Source: Sedimentibacter sp. (GTDB taxonomy: Bacteria; Bacillota; Clostridia; Tissierellales; Sedimentibacteraceae). From it: a stretch of DNA of 59,867 nucleotides. Positions 57,660 to 59,867 of this stretch are shown in pieces. The stretch covers positions 1-59,867 of the forward strand of contig DATESJ010000123.1 of NCBI GenBank assembly GCA_035270885.1, read 5' to 3'. The notes under the pieces were generated by a model. That model worked only from the letters and a program-made list of their open reading frames with translations. It did not search any database and had not been told where the DNA came from. The translations under genes and the position numbers were made by a program. Position 1 is the first letter of the stretch. Each line of letters begins with the position of its first letter.

Positions 57660-59309
57660 TTATCTCTTATATAATTTTTCTAACTCCTTCAACTTTAAAG
57701 TATACTCCTTATCATATTCTGCTTTTTTATCTTCGTTCTGTTCAATAGAAATCTTACCTAATAAAGAAGATATTTGGTTTTCTAGTATCATTATTTCTCC
57801 CTTAATGTTTTTTTCTTTTGTATTAATTTCTTTTTTGCTTTTGTTCTTCATATATTCTTTGTAATTACCACTAAAAGATTCTATTTTTTTGCCTTCAATT
57901 ATTAATAATTCATCACATATATTTTCAATAAATCTTATATCATGAGATACTAATAAAATTGAACCATCATAATTCTTTAGAAGTTCCTCTATTACCCCTA
58001 AACTATTTATGTCTAGATAGTTAGTTGGCTCATCTAAGATCAAAAAATTAATATCCTCTAAAATTATTTTAGCAAAGGAAACTTTTACTCTCTCTCCTCC
58101 ACTCAGAACTTTTAATTTTTCAAAAACCTTATCACCTTTTATTAATAATCTTGCTAAAATTAATCTTGCCATTCTTTCATCATGTATGCTTTTGTCTATA
58201 ACATTTTCTAATATAGTTTTTTCTTCATCTAAAATATTCAAAGATTGGCTAAAATAACCTACCCTGACATTTTTACTTATATTAATTTTTTCTTTATCTA
58301 ATATCATGTTAATTAAAGTAGTCTTCCCACTACCATTAGGTCCTAAAAGAGCGGTTTTTTTGCCATTATTAATATTGAAGTCTGCATTATGAAATATTAT
58401 ATTTTCTCCATAACTCTTATTTAGATTCTTTCCAGATATCAATATTTTGCTATAAGGTTTACTTGATTCCAATATCTTAATTTTAATTATGTCTTGTTCT
58501 ACAGGCTTTTCTTTATTTTCTAGGTGTTCTATTCTTTTTTCTACAGATTTTGCAAACCTATCTAAGTTCGCTTTATTTGCTTGCCCCCCCATTTTATGAA
58601 GTCGTGCTTCTGAATTTCCCATTCTTTTAGGTGTGGTTTTTACCTTAGCAGATTTATTTTCTACATCTCTTTTAAGATTAGTAAGTCTATTTTTCTCCTT
58701 AATGAATTCCTTGTATTCAAAATCCTTCCTCGTATCTTCCATTTCTTTTAATTCAAGATATTTACTATAATTACCATTATAAATTTTACATCTAGCATTA
58801 TCTATTTCCAATATTTTATTGCATACTGAATCCAAGAAATTCCTATCATGGGATACTACTAAAAAAGGACCTTTGTATGCTTTAAAATTTTTTATAACTA
58901 ACCCTATTCCATCAATATCTAAATTATTTGTTGGTTCATCTACTAATAGTAGACTATTACTATTCTCAAACCCTTCTGCCAATTTAAACCTGGTTTTCTC
59001 TCCTCCACTCATATTATTATTCCAGTTATTTTCAACTTGAAATATAGATGCATATTTCCCACTTATTGTTTTTCTTCTTGGTTCGCCTAATTGTGGAATA
59101 TATTTAATAACGGTATTTTTATCATAAAACAACTCACCACTATCATAATCAATATTTTTATTAATAATCTCTAATAAAGTTGTTTTACCTACACCATTTA
59201 CACCCACAATTCCAATTTTATCATTTTCATATACTTTTAAGTCCTCAATATCTAATAGTAATCTAGTTCCGTAATATTTTTTTATCTTTTTCATACTAAT
59301 TTTTAACAT
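57660..59309 (-). CDS. ABC-F ribosomal protection protein, CplR-like
   Basis: Two ABC domains (GVNGVGKTT, GPNGSGKTT, SGGE, DEPTN), no TM, linker GNSEARLHKMGGQ, C-terminal extension; AAAGGAGG RBS before ATG 59309. Confidence 0.85.
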   Translation of the reverse strand: MLKISMKKIKKYYGTRLLLDIEDLKVYENDKIGIVGVNGVGKTTLLEIINKNIDYDSGELFYDKNTVIKYIPQLGEPRRKTISGKYASIFQVENNWNNNMSGGEKTRFKLAEGFENSNSLLLVDEPTNNLDIDGIGLVIKNFKAYKGPFLVVSHDRNFLDSVCNKILEIDNARCKIYNGNYSKYLELKEMEDTRKDFEYKEFIKEKNRLTNLKRDVENKSAKVKTTPKRMGNSEARLHKMGGQANKANLDRFAKSVEKRIEHLENKEKPVEQDIIKIKILESSKPYSKILISGKNLNKSYGENIIFHNADFNINNGKKTALLGPNGSGKTTLINMILDKEKINISKNVRVGYFSQSLNILDEEKTILENVIDKSIHDERMARLILARLLIKGDKVFEKLKVLSGGERVKVSFAKIILEDINFLILDEPTNYLDINSLGVIEELLKNYDGSILLVSHDIRFIENICDELLIIEGKKIESFSGNYKEYMKNKSKKEINTKEKNIKGEIMILENQISSLLGKISIEQNEDKKAEYDKEYTLKLKELEKLYKR

Positions 59310-59345
59310 AAAAAAATCCTCCTTTGAAAATAGAGAGGATAGCAT
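59310..59345 (-). promoter_or_regulatory. Attenuator hairpin sequestering the ABC-F RBS
   Basis: ATCCTC-TCTATTTTCAAAG-GAGGAT followed by a T-run that leads directly into the start codon. Confidence 0.65.
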
Positions 59346-59732
59346 GACAATAGATACATAGATAAACTATAAAAATTTATAATAAAGCATTATCTAAACA
59401 AACTATCCACTCAGAATAAAAATAGACATAAATATATTAGGTACAGTCTAACAACTTCTAATATATTTCGTTTTCTTTATTTGCTAATGGATTATTTGTT
59501 CATTATTTCTATAATTTCTCCTTCCATATATAATACTTTAATGACTTCTTATTAATGCAAGTATAGCATTTTATTTTTAATATTGCAACGCTAAGACATC
59601 TTTACTTCTCATGCACTGCTTACAATAATTATACTTAATTACTCTAAGCAATGCATGAATCATATTAACTAAAGTTCCTGAAACCCTTGATCTTAAAGCA
59701 TTTATGCACCCTGTCACTATTATGACACGCTC

Positions 59733-59867
59733 CCCAGTAGCATGATAAAGCAAAGCTATGGAATTTCCTTCTTCACGAAGCTCTTCAAGGTTTTCTAAAG
59801 CTTCCTTTTGATGTTCTTTCAGCTCTACAATTTTTCCCTTTTGTTCAGGCAAATAATCAGTGAACTC
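59733..59867 (-). pseudogene. DEAD/DEAH-box helicase gene interrupted at Walker A (5' part runs off window)
   Basis: ELKEHQKEALENL...IALLYHATG (Q motif and first half of Walker A), then unrelated ERVIIVTG instead of xGKT. Confidence 0.7.

Larger units (their letters stand above)
708..59735 (-). mobile_element. Integrative conjugative element (Tn1549/Tn5252-like, MOBP relaxase, Gram-positive T4SS); left boundary and integrase not seen in window
   Basis: Complete conjugation gene set (VirD4, VirB4, VirB6, PrgI, Maff2, hydrolase, relaxase, MobC) plus RepA_N, TopB and methylase-helicase in the usual order; interrupted helicase gene at the right end. Confidence 0.85.

Noticed and set aside
973-59040. 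Numerous 60-170 aa ORFs antisense to or inside long genes
   Set aside because: They overlap well-supported genes and show no motifs; expected by chance
59577-59732. C-terminal half of the 91-aa ORF (ERVIIVTGCINA...)
   Set aside because: Most likely read-through into the element end after the broken helicase, not a real domain
1-59867. CRISPR array, tRNA/rRNA genes, integrase
   Set aside because: No regularly spaced repeat-spacer array, structural RNA gene or recombinase motif was seen by eye

Overview
A low-GC Firmicute (Clostridia/Tissierellia-like) window made up almost entirely of one large integrative conjugative element (ICE) of the Tn1549/Tn5252-like type, mostly on the minus strand. 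At the right end, a DEAD/DEAH helicase gene is broken at its Walker A motif (~59735), the probable att junction. Moving left: a CplR-like ABC-F resistance gene; the backbone pcfB, repA_N, dnaC-like, BRO, virD4, ssb, maff2, virB6, prgI, virB4, cell-wall hydrolase, vWA/coiled-coil surface protein, topB, dcm; a giant methylase/SNF2 helicase split by an Ll.LtrB-like group IIA intron and overprinted by a nested TnpV-like ORF; and a RadC/JAB protein. A defence operon follows (XRE, type I RM, type II CBASS with a divergent 2TM effector), then MOBP relaxase/MobC/oriT, DUF1413 plus a YobI-like NTPase, an ORF-less group IIC intron remnant, an orphan lantibiotic immunity/TCS cassette, tet(T), a Phd/RelE pair with a frameshifted toxin and a truncated ISL3. 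No integrase lies in the window. Most notable: a C-terminal motif shared by several unrelated ICE proteins (candidate T4SS export signal), the nested TnpV gene, and the RM-CBASS operon whose cyclase carries a Gly-Met-Glu tail. All family calls come from motif recognition, not database searches.
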